Virus record (IMG/VR): IMGVR_UViG_3300032313_001158
Location: 331-64,330 of that record
Length of the DNA stretch: 64,000 nt
Source: a virus
Lineage: Duplodnaviria; Caudoviricetes
Strand: one strand, 5' to 3'
Shown here one piece after another: positions 9,324 to 18,089 of this stretch; positions within the stretch are counted from its first letter, which is position 1; every line of letters begins with the position of its first letter. A program made the position numbers and the translations under genes. The notes under the pieces were generated by a model. That model saw nothing but the letters and a program-made list of their open reading frames with translations. It was not told the DNA's origin and did not search any database.

Positions 9324-10321
9324 TCAATGATCTCCGGATGCATTTTTCCGTACAACTTCATAAGATATCCGGCCATGGCATCGGCTTCTTGTTCAATAGG
9401 CGATCCTGGGTAGGCCTGATCACCAATGATCCGGTTGTCTTCGTGTTGTTTACGATGTGTCAATTCATGCGCCACAGTACGCATGATATCAATCATGTTT
9501 CTATTGCCAGTGTAGATCCACATGATATCTTTGTTGTTGTTATAGTATCCAGTATGATGTTGATCTGGACCTTCTTTGTCATCCTGGAATCTGATACGTG
9601 GTAATTCTTGTCGGATGTCGAGTTTTTCAACGCACCATGCAACGAAGTCACGCAGTTGCTCTTCGTGTTCTTGGAAGGTGCTTTCGTTTATTTTTTTGTC
9701 TGGTGCAACTGCAACTGGTAATCCTCGATTCAAACTGGGTGTCAATTCCAGGCGATCTGGTTCGCGAAGTCCTTTAAGAATTTCTAGCGCACGTCGTAAC
9801 CCTGCGGCCACAACATCTAGTCCATTCTCGTCTGCTTGATATTTGATACCAATTCCACCAGCAGCTTCCCATTTGATGATGTTGTCTTTGCGATCATCAA
9901 TTAGTATGTTGGGTGTACCGTCTGGCTGTGTTGCATGTCGTTCTTTGCGTGATTCTATCAAGATCCGATTGGGTTGCGGATTCAAGTTGGCCTGTATCCA
10001 CCGTGTTTTTTGTACGCCCGAGTTTTCGTGATCACCACGCAACGGACTGGAACAAATGCTGTAACCACCAAAAATTTTAACCACCATGGCAACTAGTTTA
10101 TCTGCACTAGCAAACTTGGGTAATCTATAAAAGAAGTCGGTGCCTACCATTTTGTTCAGGGTAGGATCATTTTTGGCTGGTGGAACGTCTCTATAGCTGC
10201 TACCCGGGGGTAACCCTGCAAGTACAGCATATTCTGCAAAGAAGTCAGCTAGTACTCCGTCCATGTCCAGGAATATTTCTGTGCGACCTCTGGGTTTTTG
10301 TTCAATTTCAAATAAGCGCAT
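9320..10321 (-). CDS. HAD 5'(3')-deoxyribonucleotidase fused to a zincin-like metallopeptidase
   Basis: IFLDMDGVLADF and ILIDD HAD motifs; C-terminal VAHELTH...EQEAD HExxH domain. Confidence 0.85.
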   Translation of the reverse strand: MRLFEIEQKPRGRTEIFLDMDGVLADFFAEYAVLAGLPPGSSYRDVPPAKNDPTLNKMVGTDFFYRLPKFASADKLVAMVVKIFGGYSICSSPLRGDHENSGVQKTRWIQANLNPQPNRILIESRKERHATQPDGTPNILIDDRKDNIIKWEAAGGIGIKYQADENGLDVVAAGLRRALEILKGLREPDRLELTPSLNRGLPVAVAPDKKINESTFQEHEEQLRDFVAWCVEKLDIRQELPRIRFQDDKEGPDQHHTGYYNNNKDIMWIYTGNRNMIDIMRTVAHELTHRKQHEDNRIIGDQAYPGSPIEQEADAMAGYLMKLYGKMHPEIIE

Positions 10322-10335
10322 TTTGTATTTATGGG

Positions 10336-11199
10336 TTAAGAAAAATCAACTGCTTTTACAAATTGTCTAGTTTCTAAGTTTTTCAAGACGTTGACTGGGT
10401 ATTCTAAATCAGCTACAGGTATGCTTCCTATACTTTTTGCTAAACTATTCCAAGTATATCCTATGGACATAAAAAAATCTTGATGTTGGTCATAATATGT
10501 TCTTAACTGATTTTCTAAATTGTTATCATCATCCCAAAAACGTACAACAAAGTCTGCAGAATAATGCCAGAAAGGTTGAAATGCTGCAGGCTCTATATAC
10601 GAGTCGTTGTCCATCATCAAATCAAACAATGTTTTACCAATTTCTACATAGTTAATATATACTGTTCCAAATTTGACACTTGGTTCAAAGTATTTGTAAT
10701 CATCCAACTCGAGCGTTTCTGTTTTAGGAAGTCCAAAATAGGTGACAACATGCCTTGGATGTGCTCCTCTGGCAATACTTTCGCAGCGATGTACCAACAA
10801 ATTCAAATCACACAAGGCTTGTTTGTATTCTGTATTGGGATCTGTTTTATCCAACAATCCATGTTCAATTTCGAATATGTGATGTAATTTGTTTAATGTG
10901 TCCTGATCGCTGACGCATTGTAAACCATAATCAATCGTAGTCCAACGGTTTAACTTGTCTATTAGAGCATTTATGTCAGTTAGTGCGTTGTTGATCTGTT
11001 CTTGTATGCTGCCAAACCCGTAGAATCTAGCAGGATCATCAATTGGGTAGCCTATTTTTTGCGCTGTTAATACTCGCTCCGCCCACTTATAGGCAATTTG
11101 AGTATTTCTTAGGCAAAAAGTTAACACCATCTCGTCGGATTTATCCAATGGGTTTGCATAAGTTATATGCAGATATTTTAAACTTTGAAAATTTAACAT
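10336..11199 (-). CDS. hypothetical protein
   Basis: 287-aa AT-rich ORF; no motif recognised. Confidence 0.7.
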   Translation of the reverse strand: MLNFQSLKYLHITYANPLDKSDEMVLTFCLRNTQIAYKWAERVLTAQKIGYPIDDPARFYGFGSIQEQINNALTDINALIDKLNRWTTIDYGLQCVSDQDTLNKLHHIFEIEHGLLDKTDPNTEYKQALCDLNLLVHRCESIARGAHPRHVVTYFGLPKTETLELDDYKYFEPSVKFGTVYINYVEIGKTLFDLMMDNDSYIEPAAFQPFWHYSADFVVRFWDDDNNLENQLRTYYDQHQDFFMSIGYTWNSLAKSIGSIPVADLEYPVNVLKNLETRQFVKAVDFS

Positions 11200-11241
11200 T
11201 TATTAAAAATTTGATATTTGAAACAACTTGCATCTTGACGT

Positions 11242-11277
11242 AAAAAAACTCCCGTAGTATTTAACTAGGGGAGTTTT
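11242..11277 (-). terminator. intrinsic terminator with a TAAATA late promoter in its loop
   Basis: AAAACTCCC/GGGAGTTTT stem with a U-tract; TAAATA at 11258-11263. Confidence 0.7.
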
Positions 11278-11296
11278 GGATGAGTTTTATTTAATA

Positions 11297-11854
11297 TTAA
11301 TTTTTATCTAAGGCATTAAATGCACGTTCCGATCGCTCTGCTGTATTTTTACCGGCTTGCAGTTGATCCTTGCGAGTCTGTAGTTTGTTGGCATCGCCGG
11401 TTGGTAATGCAACCAAAACATAAGTCCGGAATCGACCGTTTTCTGAAACACGTACAGTATCAACAGTTTCTGCACCAGTGATATCAACTCGGCGGCACAT
11501 GCTGCGAATTGCCACTTCACTGTTTTCTGTGCTGGCTGATTCTGTATCGTTCATGTACACTTTGCTGCTCTTGTCAACTTCACCACCTGCTGCCATACAA
11601 ATCTGACTGTATGCAATAGTTTTTGCCTTCATGTCCGACATAGCAAAATCTCTACTGATGGCAGAACCATTGGCATAAACTGCATTATTGGATTTAGGCA
11701 GTTCGGTCATCCACTTGGGTGCCCGATCAATTGCTCGGTCTACGGCCTTTTCTTGACGCTCACGCTCGTAGTCAGCACGTTTATCATAAGTGTTAGTTGT
11801 ACCGCAAGCAGTAACAAGTGCAATTAACGGAACTACAAAAAGAAGCTTTTTCAT
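11297..11854 (-). CDS. LPP20-like lipoprotein
   Basis: Lipobox VTAC; PKWM...YANG pattern of LPP20-like proteins. Confidence 0.7.
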   Translation of the reverse strand: MKKLLFVVPLIALVTACGTTNTYDKRADYERERQEKAVDRAIDRAPKWMTELPKSNNAVYANGSAISRDFAMSDMKAKTIAYSQICMAAGGEVDKSSKVYMNDTESASTENSEVAIRSMCRRVDITGAETVDTVRVSENGRFRTYVLVALPTGDANKLQTRKDQLQAGKNTAERSERAFNALDKN

Positions 11855-11862
11855 ATCAATCC

Positions 11863-11985
11863 TTATTTAGATTTAATCCAATCACCGACGCGACTAAGAT
11901 CACTACCAGCACCACTTATAGTCCCGCCCACTGTACCACAACCTGTCAAGGCTGCTACCAACAACAAAACAATTAAAGTACGCAT
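11863..11985 (-). CDS. entericidin EcnA/B-like small lipoprotein (40 aa, not in ORF track)
   Basis: Translates to MRTLIVLLLVAALTGCGTVGGTISGAGSDLSRVGDWIKSK; lipobox LTGC followed by the GxGxD entericidin pattern. Confidence 0.7.
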   Translation of the reverse strand: MRTLIVLLLVAALTGCGTVGGTISGAGSDLSRVGDWIKSK

Positions 11986-12000
11986 ATTATACCCTTTCTA

Positions 12001-12606
12001 TTAGAATTTGTCAACCACAGTCCATTCATCCCGGATTATACATCCAACAATTTGCCACTGCATCAAATTATTGGTTCGAGTATCTATATCCGATTCCAAG
12101 AAATATCTGCACATGGCGCCTTTGTACTCAAACGGTTGACTGTTCGGTACAGATTTCAATTCGCTAATTTTAAAGGTATCAAATTTTTTGAGTCCTTTTC
12201 GCAATTGAGGAGTTTGAAAGTCATTGCAGTACAAGGTTTGACTGGACTGTACCGCTGTACCTTCTACCTTCTCCAAAATTTTAGTTCTACCCACTTGCAT
12301 GGCCTGCGAACATATTTGATCTGTACTGTCTGTTATTGGTCCTTGGCTTTCGCCTCGGCCATCATACCATTTGTTGTTGATACGAGCACGAAACATAACT
12401 GTACATACCTGCTGTCGCGAATCCACAGTTTTAACAAATTTTTGTAAATCAACTATTTCTCGTATCTCGGATCGGGCCTGATTGACTGTAACTGCTTCTT
12501 GATAACACTCAGCTGCTGCTGTCAAAGGCAGAACGAGCATCAGCGCAAATTTAATCGCCGTTGTTGTTCTTCCAGGTATCTTCGATCTGCATCTTGTATT
12601 GGACAA
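12001..12606 (-). CDS. secreted Cys-containing protein
   Basis: Signal-like LVLPLTAAA-EC segment; true start probably near 12540. Confidence 0.65.
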   Translation of the reverse strand: MSNTRCRSKIPGRTTTAIKFALMLVLPLTAAAECYQEAVTVNQARSEIREIVDLQKFVKTVDSRQQVCTVMFRARINNKWYDGRGESQGPITDSTDQICSQAMQVGRTKILEKVEGTAVQSSQTLYCNDFQTPQLRKGLKKFDTFKISELKSVPNSQPFEYKGAMCRYFLESDIDTRTNNLMQWQIVGCIIRDEWTVVDKF

Positions 12607-12923
12607 TTTTCCCTCAACTCTCTTTGTGCATGTTTAATCATGACTTCATGTTTTGAATCCATTGTATCGGCACTGTCTTGCATAGTACCATTATACAAAT
12701 TTAATGCTATGCCCGTAATGCCAGTCATTTGAAGTGCCACTTTTAGTCTATCCGTTTGACTGTATTTTTGGCTTTCCAAAAATTTATACTGCTCTTCTCT
12801 TCGATTGCAATCCACTTTGAATGTTCTTAACTCATCAAAACTCATTCTAGTAGGTGTTATTGTACTAGCACAAGCACACTGAGAAAAGCAAATAGCAACA
12901 ATCAATAATTTTTTCATTGACAT
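12540..12923 (-). CDS. exported protein or lipoprotein
   Basis: MKKLLIVAICFSQCAC signal peptide. Confidence 0.65.
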   Translation of the reverse strand: MSMKKLLIVAICFSQCACASTITPTRMSFDELRTFKVDCNRREEQYKFLESQKYSQTDRLKVALQMTGITGIALNLYNGTMQDSADTMDSKHEVMIKHAQRELRENCPIQDADRRYLEEQQRRLNLR

Positions 12924-13126
12924 TCTTTCTGTAGATTCCAGAATATCTGTCTTATGCGTCTGCGCCCTTCAATGTCGTCAGCTGACAATTGTGCTTCAGA
13001 CCGAGCTAGCAAGGACTCTTGATGCTTTTTGTTATAACAGTCAGCATACCAAGTTGATGTGTCAGGTGCATGTCTGGTAGCACACGCCGACACAATCAAA
13101 CAAACCAAAACAATTAGCAATTTCAT
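12914..13126 (-). CDS. small lipoprotein
   Basis: Lipobox VSAC. Confidence 0.65.
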   Translation of the reverse strand: MKLLIVLVCLIVSACATRHAPDTSTWYADCYNKKHQESLLARSEAQLSADDIEGRRRIRQIFWNLQKECQ

Positions 13127-13278
13127 TTTTGCTTTTTAGGCATAACTGCTGCCTTGAACACTGACATAGCAGTTGGTTCGTTGCAACCTGCATTGCGTTG
13201 AATATACCTAACTGCATCTCGGCTGTTAAGTTGCAGGATAAAAACTGCTTCGTCGGCGAATCGTTGCGCTTGTGTCAT
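13123..13278 (-). CDS. small hypothetical protein (51 aa, not in ORF track)
   Basis: MTQAQRFADEAVFILQ... with AGGA RBS; ATGA-coupled to the next gene. Confidence 0.55.
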   Translation of the reverse strand: MTQAQRFADEAVFILQLNSRDAVRYIQRNAGCNEPTAMSVFKAAVMPKKQK

Positions 13279-13290
13279 ATTATCTTTTCC

Positions 13291-13665
13291 TTACCAAGAT
13301 GAGTTGTAAAAAACTTTTAAACCTGTAAAAATCTCTGCTCGTGCTTTGCGAACAAATTCCAAATCTTGCTCACGATAATACGCATCGCTATCGTCACCAA
13401 AGAAGAAACCTCGTGTGGCTGGAAGATGTCCGTTTTTAACATCTGCTTCCAGTCTATCCAAATCTTCCCAGGTTAGTTCAATTTCAACACCGTTAAACAT
13501 AGGGTCGTCAGAGTTAGCAAGCGGAAAACCTTTCTCGTGCCACAGTTGTTCCATCCAACCATGCAGATTAGGATGTTTACGCCAGTAAGCCAATTCACGA
13601 CTGTCAGATTCTGATGTGTGATCATAAGGTTTGGCAGCTACATACGCATACATGTCAAGTCCCAC
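13291..13665 (-). CDS. conserved early phage protein
   Basis: MGLDMY...YWRKHPNLHGW...YNSSW; GGAGG RBS; promoter at 13697-13725. Confidence 0.8.
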   Translation of the reverse strand: MGLDMYAYVAAKPYDHTSESDSRELAYWRKHPNLHGWMEQLWHEKGFPLANSDDPMFNGVEIELTWEDLDRLEADVKNGHLPATRGFFFGDDSDAYYREQDLEFVRKARAEIFTGLKVFYNSSW

Positions 13666-13696
13666 TACAACCTCCGTTGTGTTATTCAGTTTTTAA

Positions 13697-13725
13697 ATTA
13701 TAGCAAAATGAGTCTTTTTGGTCAA
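13697..13725 (-). promoter_or_regulatory. sigma70-type early promoter (TTGACC-N17-TATAAT)
   Basis: Copy of the repeated early cassette. Confidence 0.85.
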
Positions 13726-13997
13726 TCTTTTTTTGGCTTTAGTTTGACTACTGTGAGTTTTGCATGTTTGTTAACAAGTTGGGGACGAATTCTGTTAAAT
13801 TCTCTGTTTACATAATATTCACAAAGACGATGGCGGCACATGGTAGGTACGTCTTCAAACCCGGGTTCAAGTATAAATTGATAAGGACTTCGTCCCCAAC
13901 TTGAGTTGGTAATAAAAGTATGATATGCTTTGCGATGCTCTTTGTTGTTAGCATCAAACACAGTGCCAGGGCGGCAGTTTAGAAGTAGTTTATTCAT
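13722..13997 (-). CDS. hypothetical phage protein
   Basis: Likely start MNKLLLN; promoter TTGACA-N17-TATACT at 14032-14060. Confidence 0.7.
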   Translation of the reverse strand: MNKLLLNCRPGTVFDANNKEHRKAYHTFITNSSWGRSPYQFILEPGFEDVPTMCRHRLCEYYVNREFNRIRPQLVNKHAKLTVVKLKPKKD

Positions 13998-14045
13998 TAT
14001 TATACCTATTAGATTAGTCAATAACGTAGTGAGTATAACATAAAG

Positions 14046-14068
14046 AAAAAGCCCTGTCAAGCAGGGCT
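14046..14068 (-). terminator. intrinsic terminator overlapping the -35 box of the next promoter
   Basis: AGCCCTG/CAGGGCT stem plus U-tract. Confidence 0.7.
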
Positions 14069-14094
14069 CGTAAGTGTTGTATTTCTACAACTGT

Positions 14095-14313
14095 TTACTT
14101 TTTAGCAACAGTTTGCTTGGGAACGAAACTGATTGCTGATTCTGCAACGGTCTTGGCAATGTCAGTGGTCGCAGCAACTACTGTCTTGGTGTAAGCGGCT
14201 TGTGCATCAATTAGTGTTTCAAATCCGTTGCGAATTTCTTCGTTTGGGATATAAGTAAAAACTGATTTGGTTTGTTTGACTGCGGTGTCAACTAAGGTAT
14301 CTACTGTAAACAT
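14095..14313 (-). CDS. phasin-like (PHA granule-associated) protein
   Basis: 72-aa amphipathic Ala/Thr-rich helix; AGGAG RBS; PhaR-type palindrome upstream. Confidence 0.5.
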   Translation of the reverse strand: MFTVDTLVDTAVKQTKSVFTYIPNEEIRNGFETLIDAQAAYTKTVVAATTDIAKTVAESAISFVPKQTVAKK

Positions 14314-14359
14314 TTGAATCTCCTTAAAAGTTAATGTTCTGTATTATACTATAATTTAT

Positions 14360-14374
14360 TGTTGCATTGCAACA
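14360..14374. promoter_or_regulatory. perfect palindrome TGTTGCA-T-TGCAACA, PhaR-operator-like
   Basis: 7-1-7 inverted repeat over the -35 region of a promoter whose -10 TATAAT is at 14343-14348. Confidence 0.55.
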
Positions 14375-14454
14375 TAGAATATGCCCATATAATGATTTTA
14401 TTCTGCCATTTTTAATCGCTAAATATTTTACATACTTTTCAAGGAGATTTTAAA

Positions 14455-14748
14455 ATGGAATTAGTAATTCTATTAATTGCAGTAATTGGTGTGTTGGGTT
14501 GGTTTTTGTGGCAAGATCGCAAACATGATGAAGCTGGTTCGCATCCGCTTGATGGTGCTACTAAACACTCAGTGCTTGATGTTAACAACGACGGCCGAGT
14601 TGATATCAAAGATGCAGTAGCAGCAGCCGAAGTAGTTGTTGAAGAAACAAAGAAAACAGCGTCTAAAACCAAAGCAGTGGCCAAAGCCACTGCCGCCAAG
14701 GTAAAAACTGTTGCGGAAAAAACCGTCGCTAAAAAACCTAAGAAGTAA
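14455..14748 (+). CDS. membrane-anchored protein with an EF-hand/dockerin-like loop and a Lys/Ala-rich tail
   Basis: N-terminal TM helix, DVNNDGRVDIKD, histone-like KKTA/KTKA tail; TAAATA at 14420-14425 and AGGAG RBS. Confidence 0.75.
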   Translation: MELVILLIAVIGVLGWFLWQDRKHDEAGSHPLDGATKHSVLDVNNDGRVDIKDAVAAAEVVVEETKKTASKTKAVAKATAAKVKTVAEKTVAKKPKK

Positions 14749-15837
14749 TTGATGCTGTATCCACATGTCGGAGTCTATTACGACTCCGACAGTATTCGTT
14801 ATCATTATTCCCAATTTAAACAAGTTAATCCGCTAACTGATTGTGCCAGTTACAACAATTTAGAAGAATTTTTAAATTCCAAACACACAATAAAAATAGC
14901 CGGGTTACATGTCCCGTATCCGTTTGATCAAGAATTCCAAAATCTAGTACTAGATCTAAGTGCTCGATGCACACATATTTTCGTTGTTGCCACAGAAGTA
15001 CATCCAGAAATTGTCAGTTTTATTCGAGAAACAGATTTGCCGAATATAACTTATTACATTTGTGGATCGCTTAACTTTGAATTGCAACATGCACAAGCAA
15101 AACAATTTATGGACTGGTTTGAAACCAGTACATATTTTTATCGGCATTGGTTACCTGAGATTTTGACTAGGCTTCGACCGTTTGATATAAAATATCGAGC
15201 ATTTGATATTTTACTTGGTCGTAAAAAATTACATAGAGATGAACTGTACCAATACACGCAAAAAAATCCCTATCTTGGTATTGTGACCTATTTCAATGAT
15301 CATGGTACCAAAATAGATAATGATCCAGAAAAATGGATATGGGAACACACCGGAGTCAAAGTGACCGTCGCGCCAGAATGGACTGTTGACCGAGTTGACT
15401 ATTACGGGTATCCAATAAGCCTAAGCCAAATTATCCCGATTAACGTGTATAATCAAACTGCTTATTCAGTAGTAGCAGAAACTTGCTTCCATGACAATTT
15501 TGCTTTCTTTACCGAAAAAACCAGTAAGCCAATTATAGCAAAGAGATTGTTTGTTATGTTTGCTGGACAAAATTATCTTGCCAACTTGAGAAAGTTAGGA
15601 TTTCAAACATTCGGGAATATCATTGACGAAAGTTATGATCAAGAATCGGATGCATTAATTCGATGGCGTCGTGCTTGGGAACAGATGCAATGGTTAGCCG
15701 ATCAACCACAAGCGGAAATACTAGAAAAGATTCGCCCAATCGTAGAACACAATTTTAATCATGTTATGACTACTAATTGGGCTGAAAAGTTTAGGCAGGA
15801 ATTTGAGCAAGACTTTGTTCGTATAACTGCTGGCTAG
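14749..15837 (+). CDS. putative glycosyltransferase-like protein (GT10-like TEK motif)
   Basis: VVAET...FFTEKTSKPI...LRKLGFQTF...IDESYD; paralogue of 24980..26233. Confidence 0.6.
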   Translation: MMLYPHVGVYYDSDSIRYHYSQFKQVNPLTDCASYNNLEEFLNSKHTIKIAGLHVPYPFDQEFQNLVLDLSARCTHIFVVATEVHPEIVSFIRETDLPNITYYICGSLNFELQHAQAKQFMDWFETSTYFYRHWLPEILTRLRPFDIKYRAFDILLGRKKLHRDELYQYTQKNPYLGIVTYFNDHGTKIDNDPEKWIWEHTGVKVTVAPEWTVDRVDYYGYPISLSQIIPINVYNQTAYSVVAETCFHDNFAFFTEKTSKPIIAKRLFVMFAGQNYLANLRKLGFQTFGNIIDESYDQESDALIRWRRAWEQMQWLADQPQAEILEKIRPIVEHNFNHVMTTNWAEKFRQEFEQDFVRITAG

Positions 15838-16816
15838 CAAGATTTTTACCCTTGGCTTCAACCATGATGTCAGCCCACAAATTATGCTCTAGTGCCCATT
15901 CATTGCAGGCACGATTCCAAGCAAAGTCACTGTGTGCCCGAAGCTTTTGTTTTTTGTAACTCGCTGCTAGAAGTGTATCAAGTTCCGGACGACAGGTACT
16001 GTCATGATCCACCAAAACATCTTCGCGACTAGTGCTAAAATGAACAACAGGACGCACACCACGCCAGCTATCCATGATCCTCTTAACACGATCGTCTCTA
16101 TGGTCAATATATTCTCCTGTACGAATCCAGTGATGATGCAGATCTAGCACCAGCGCGACGTCGTTGACCAATTCAAGACTGGCGTCGAGTCCCCAAGACA
16201 TTTCGTCGTTTTCGATCGTGATGCAATTTCTTGCTTCGGGGCTGAGTCTTGTGAGCGCACTGCGGATACCGGCTGGACCGCGTTTACCCGAGATGTGGAC
16301 ATTGATTTTAAAGTCCTGGAACGAAGTGCCATAGCCCATCCATCTGACCATATCTGCATGATATTCAAACTCCTCTATACTTCTATTTACGATGTTATCA
16401 TTCTCGCTAGCCAACACACAGAACTGACCTGGATGAAAGCTGAGGCGTACATCTAGTCTACGTGCAGTCTCACCAATGGGTGCAAAGATGCGTTCTAAGT
16501 GCCGTTGTACATCAGTCTGTTGCCACCATGTCTGCCAATCCTTCTCAGTGTAGCCTTGCAGCATTTCCGATCCAAGACGTACCATTCTACGTTCTGGGGG
16601 TAATGTGGCCACACGTTCAATCATCTTGACAGCAGCAGCAGTATTGTGATTCATGATATCCCATTGGCGCTGTTCAGCTTCGTCTTTGTGTTCGCGGAGC
16701 CAACGCATAGTGGTACTGCGACCATTTAGGTCTCTATCCACGGCATTCACTTTCATGCCGCCACATTCCGACGGATCGTTTAGCCATTTGCAGGCAAAGC
16801 CAATGCGTTTAATCAT
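15791..16816 (-). CDS. uvsE: UV-damage endonuclease
   Basis: RIGFAC, RLSFHPGQF, IENDE, LDLHHHW, RAHSD and MVEAKGK motifs. Confidence 0.92.
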   Translation of the reverse strand: MIKRIGFACKWLNDPSECGGMKVNAVDRDLNGRSTTMRWLREHKDEAEQRQWDIMNHNTAAAVKMIERVATLPPERRMVRLGSEMLQGYTEKDWQTWWQQTDVQRHLERIFAPIGETARRLDVRLSFHPGQFCVLASENDNIVNRSIEEFEYHADMVRWMGYGTSFQDFKINVHISGKRGPAGIRSALTRLSPEARNCITIENDEMSWGLDASLELVNDVALVLDLHHHWIRTGEYIDHRDDRVKRIMDSWRGVRPVVHFSTSREDVLVDHDSTCRPELDTLLAASYKKQKLRAHSDFAWNRACNEWALEHNLWADIMVEAKGKNLASQQLYEQSLAQIPA

Positions 16817-17111
16817 TTGTTGAATTTACCTTCTCTGACGATTTTTCAGGAATGTTATATTTGCGTTCATATTGTGATTCAATACTCCACCTAGGATCCA
16901 CAGCTGGATATTTTATATTGCTTTCCACTGTTAACCCAAAACGCTTTCGAATATTTTTAGAATCAGACTGACTGCCACATTGCTTTGCACATTCTTCTAT
17001 TATTAGTTGAGCGAATTGTTCGTTGTAAGTTTCAATCCATTGATCAACTGACAATCCTGCCGGAACCATATTTTTAGCTTGTGCAGCAAATTCTTGTATT
17101 TGTTTGTTCAT
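16809..17111 (-). CDS. hypothetical phage protein
   Basis: FAQLIIEECA motif, common in phage ORFs. Confidence 0.7.
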   Translation of the reverse strand: MNKQIQEFAAQAKNMVPAGLSVDQWIETYNEQFAQLIIEECAKQCGSQSDSKNIRKRFGLTVESNIKYPAVDPRWSIESQYERKYNIPEKSSEKVNSTND

Positions 17112-17146
17112 GTGTTTTTGTTTTGATATGCCAAAGTCATAATGTA

Positions 17147-17175
17147 ATAATAGCAGTTAATTCATTAAGTGTCAA
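17147..17175 (-). promoter_or_regulatory. sigma70-type promoter (TTGACA-N17-TATTAT)
   Basis: Consensus -35 with extended -10 TG. Confidence 0.7.
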
Positions 17176-17436
17176 TTATGCAAACCTCAAGGCAAATTCA
17201 GTAGCAATCCGTTCGTCTTTGAAAAGAAACACAACATCGGTTTCGGCTAACTGATTCTCTTCCTGAGCGAATTCCGAATAGTATAACCAATCATCTCCGT
17301 TGAGCCAATGACGAATTGTGCCTTCACGGCCACCAAATCTTGCGGATCCTGTTCCGGCGTTAGTGCGTAGCCATTGATCAATATCTTCGCGGCGATCTTC
17401 TAACTTGTTGTACTTGATTCTTATTTCAGCTGACAT
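17176..17436 (-). CDS. small phage protein, FxFxxExxAxxFxLR/KW family
   Basis: C-terminus FLFKDERIATEFALRFA; likely start MSAEIR. Confidence 0.7.
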   Translation of the reverse strand: MSAEIRIKYNKLEDRREDIDQWLRTNAGTGSARFGGREGTIRHWLNGDDWLYYSEFAQEENQLAETDVVFLFKDERIATEFALRFA

Positions 17437-17675
17437 TAACCATCCCATCGTAATAAAAAATTACTTGCATCAGCTTCGTTTTCGATAATTACTACCATAC
17501 CTTGTTGATGTTTCCTACCTTGTGGTAAACACTCGTCCATCCAGGCATAGATTTCAGTTTCATTATTGGTCCACCAGCGATAATCAGCAATAATAATGTA
17601 GTGATGCGGCATGTCATTGTCAAATGGACCAGTAGCAATAAATCTACCTTTATCGGCTGGAAATACTACGCTCAT
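17436..17675 (-). CDS. small phage protein, same family
   Basis: C-terminus IIENEADASNFLLRW. Confidence 0.7.
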   Translation of the reverse strand: MSVVFPADKGRFIATGPFDNDMPHHYIIIADYRWWTNNETEIYAWMDECLPQGRKHQQGMVVIIENEADASNFLLRWDG

Positions 17676-17866
17676 GGATTTTTTTTATCTTGATCGTCTA
17701 TGGGTTTAACTGAACACAAAGCCACAAGCCCTTTGTTGTCCCATTCTTTTCTAGCCTCCATACACGCTTGATAGTTGGGATATTCTTTTTTGAAAACGAA
17801 TTTTATTTTAGGTGGCGGATCAGTCCAAAGTTGAACTATAAGTAACCAGGGCATCAAATCTAACAT
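17672..17866 (-). CDS. small exported protein
   Basis: Hydrophobic N-terminus and a YQAC...ALC Cys pair. Confidence 0.6.
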   Translation of the reverse strand: MLDLMPWLLIVQLWTDPPPKIKFVFKKEYPNYQACMEARKEWDNKGLVALCSVKPIDDQDKKNP

Positions 17867-17867
17867 G

Positions 17868-18089
17868 TTAACTCCACTTTAGTAAAAATATTGTAACTTC
17901 TTGTTCATTACGAAATCGAAATATTTCAAAACTGGTTCTTCTACCACAGCGATTTTGTACGCACCAATCTTGCACAGGATTTAGATCGTCTGAGCGTAAT
18001 CCAGTTGGTGTAATTGCGCCATGACTGTATGACATTCTGGCATGCAATGTCAGCGGGTGCGTGGTATCTCGTTCCCAAACAATTTTCAT
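17868..18089 (-). CDS. small phage protein, same family
   Basis: C-terminus FRFRNEQEVTIFLLKWS. Confidence 0.7.
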   Translation of the reverse strand: MKIVWERDTTHPLTLHARMSYSHGAITPTGLRSDDLNPVQDWCVQNRCGRRTSFEIFRFRNEQEVTIFLLKWS

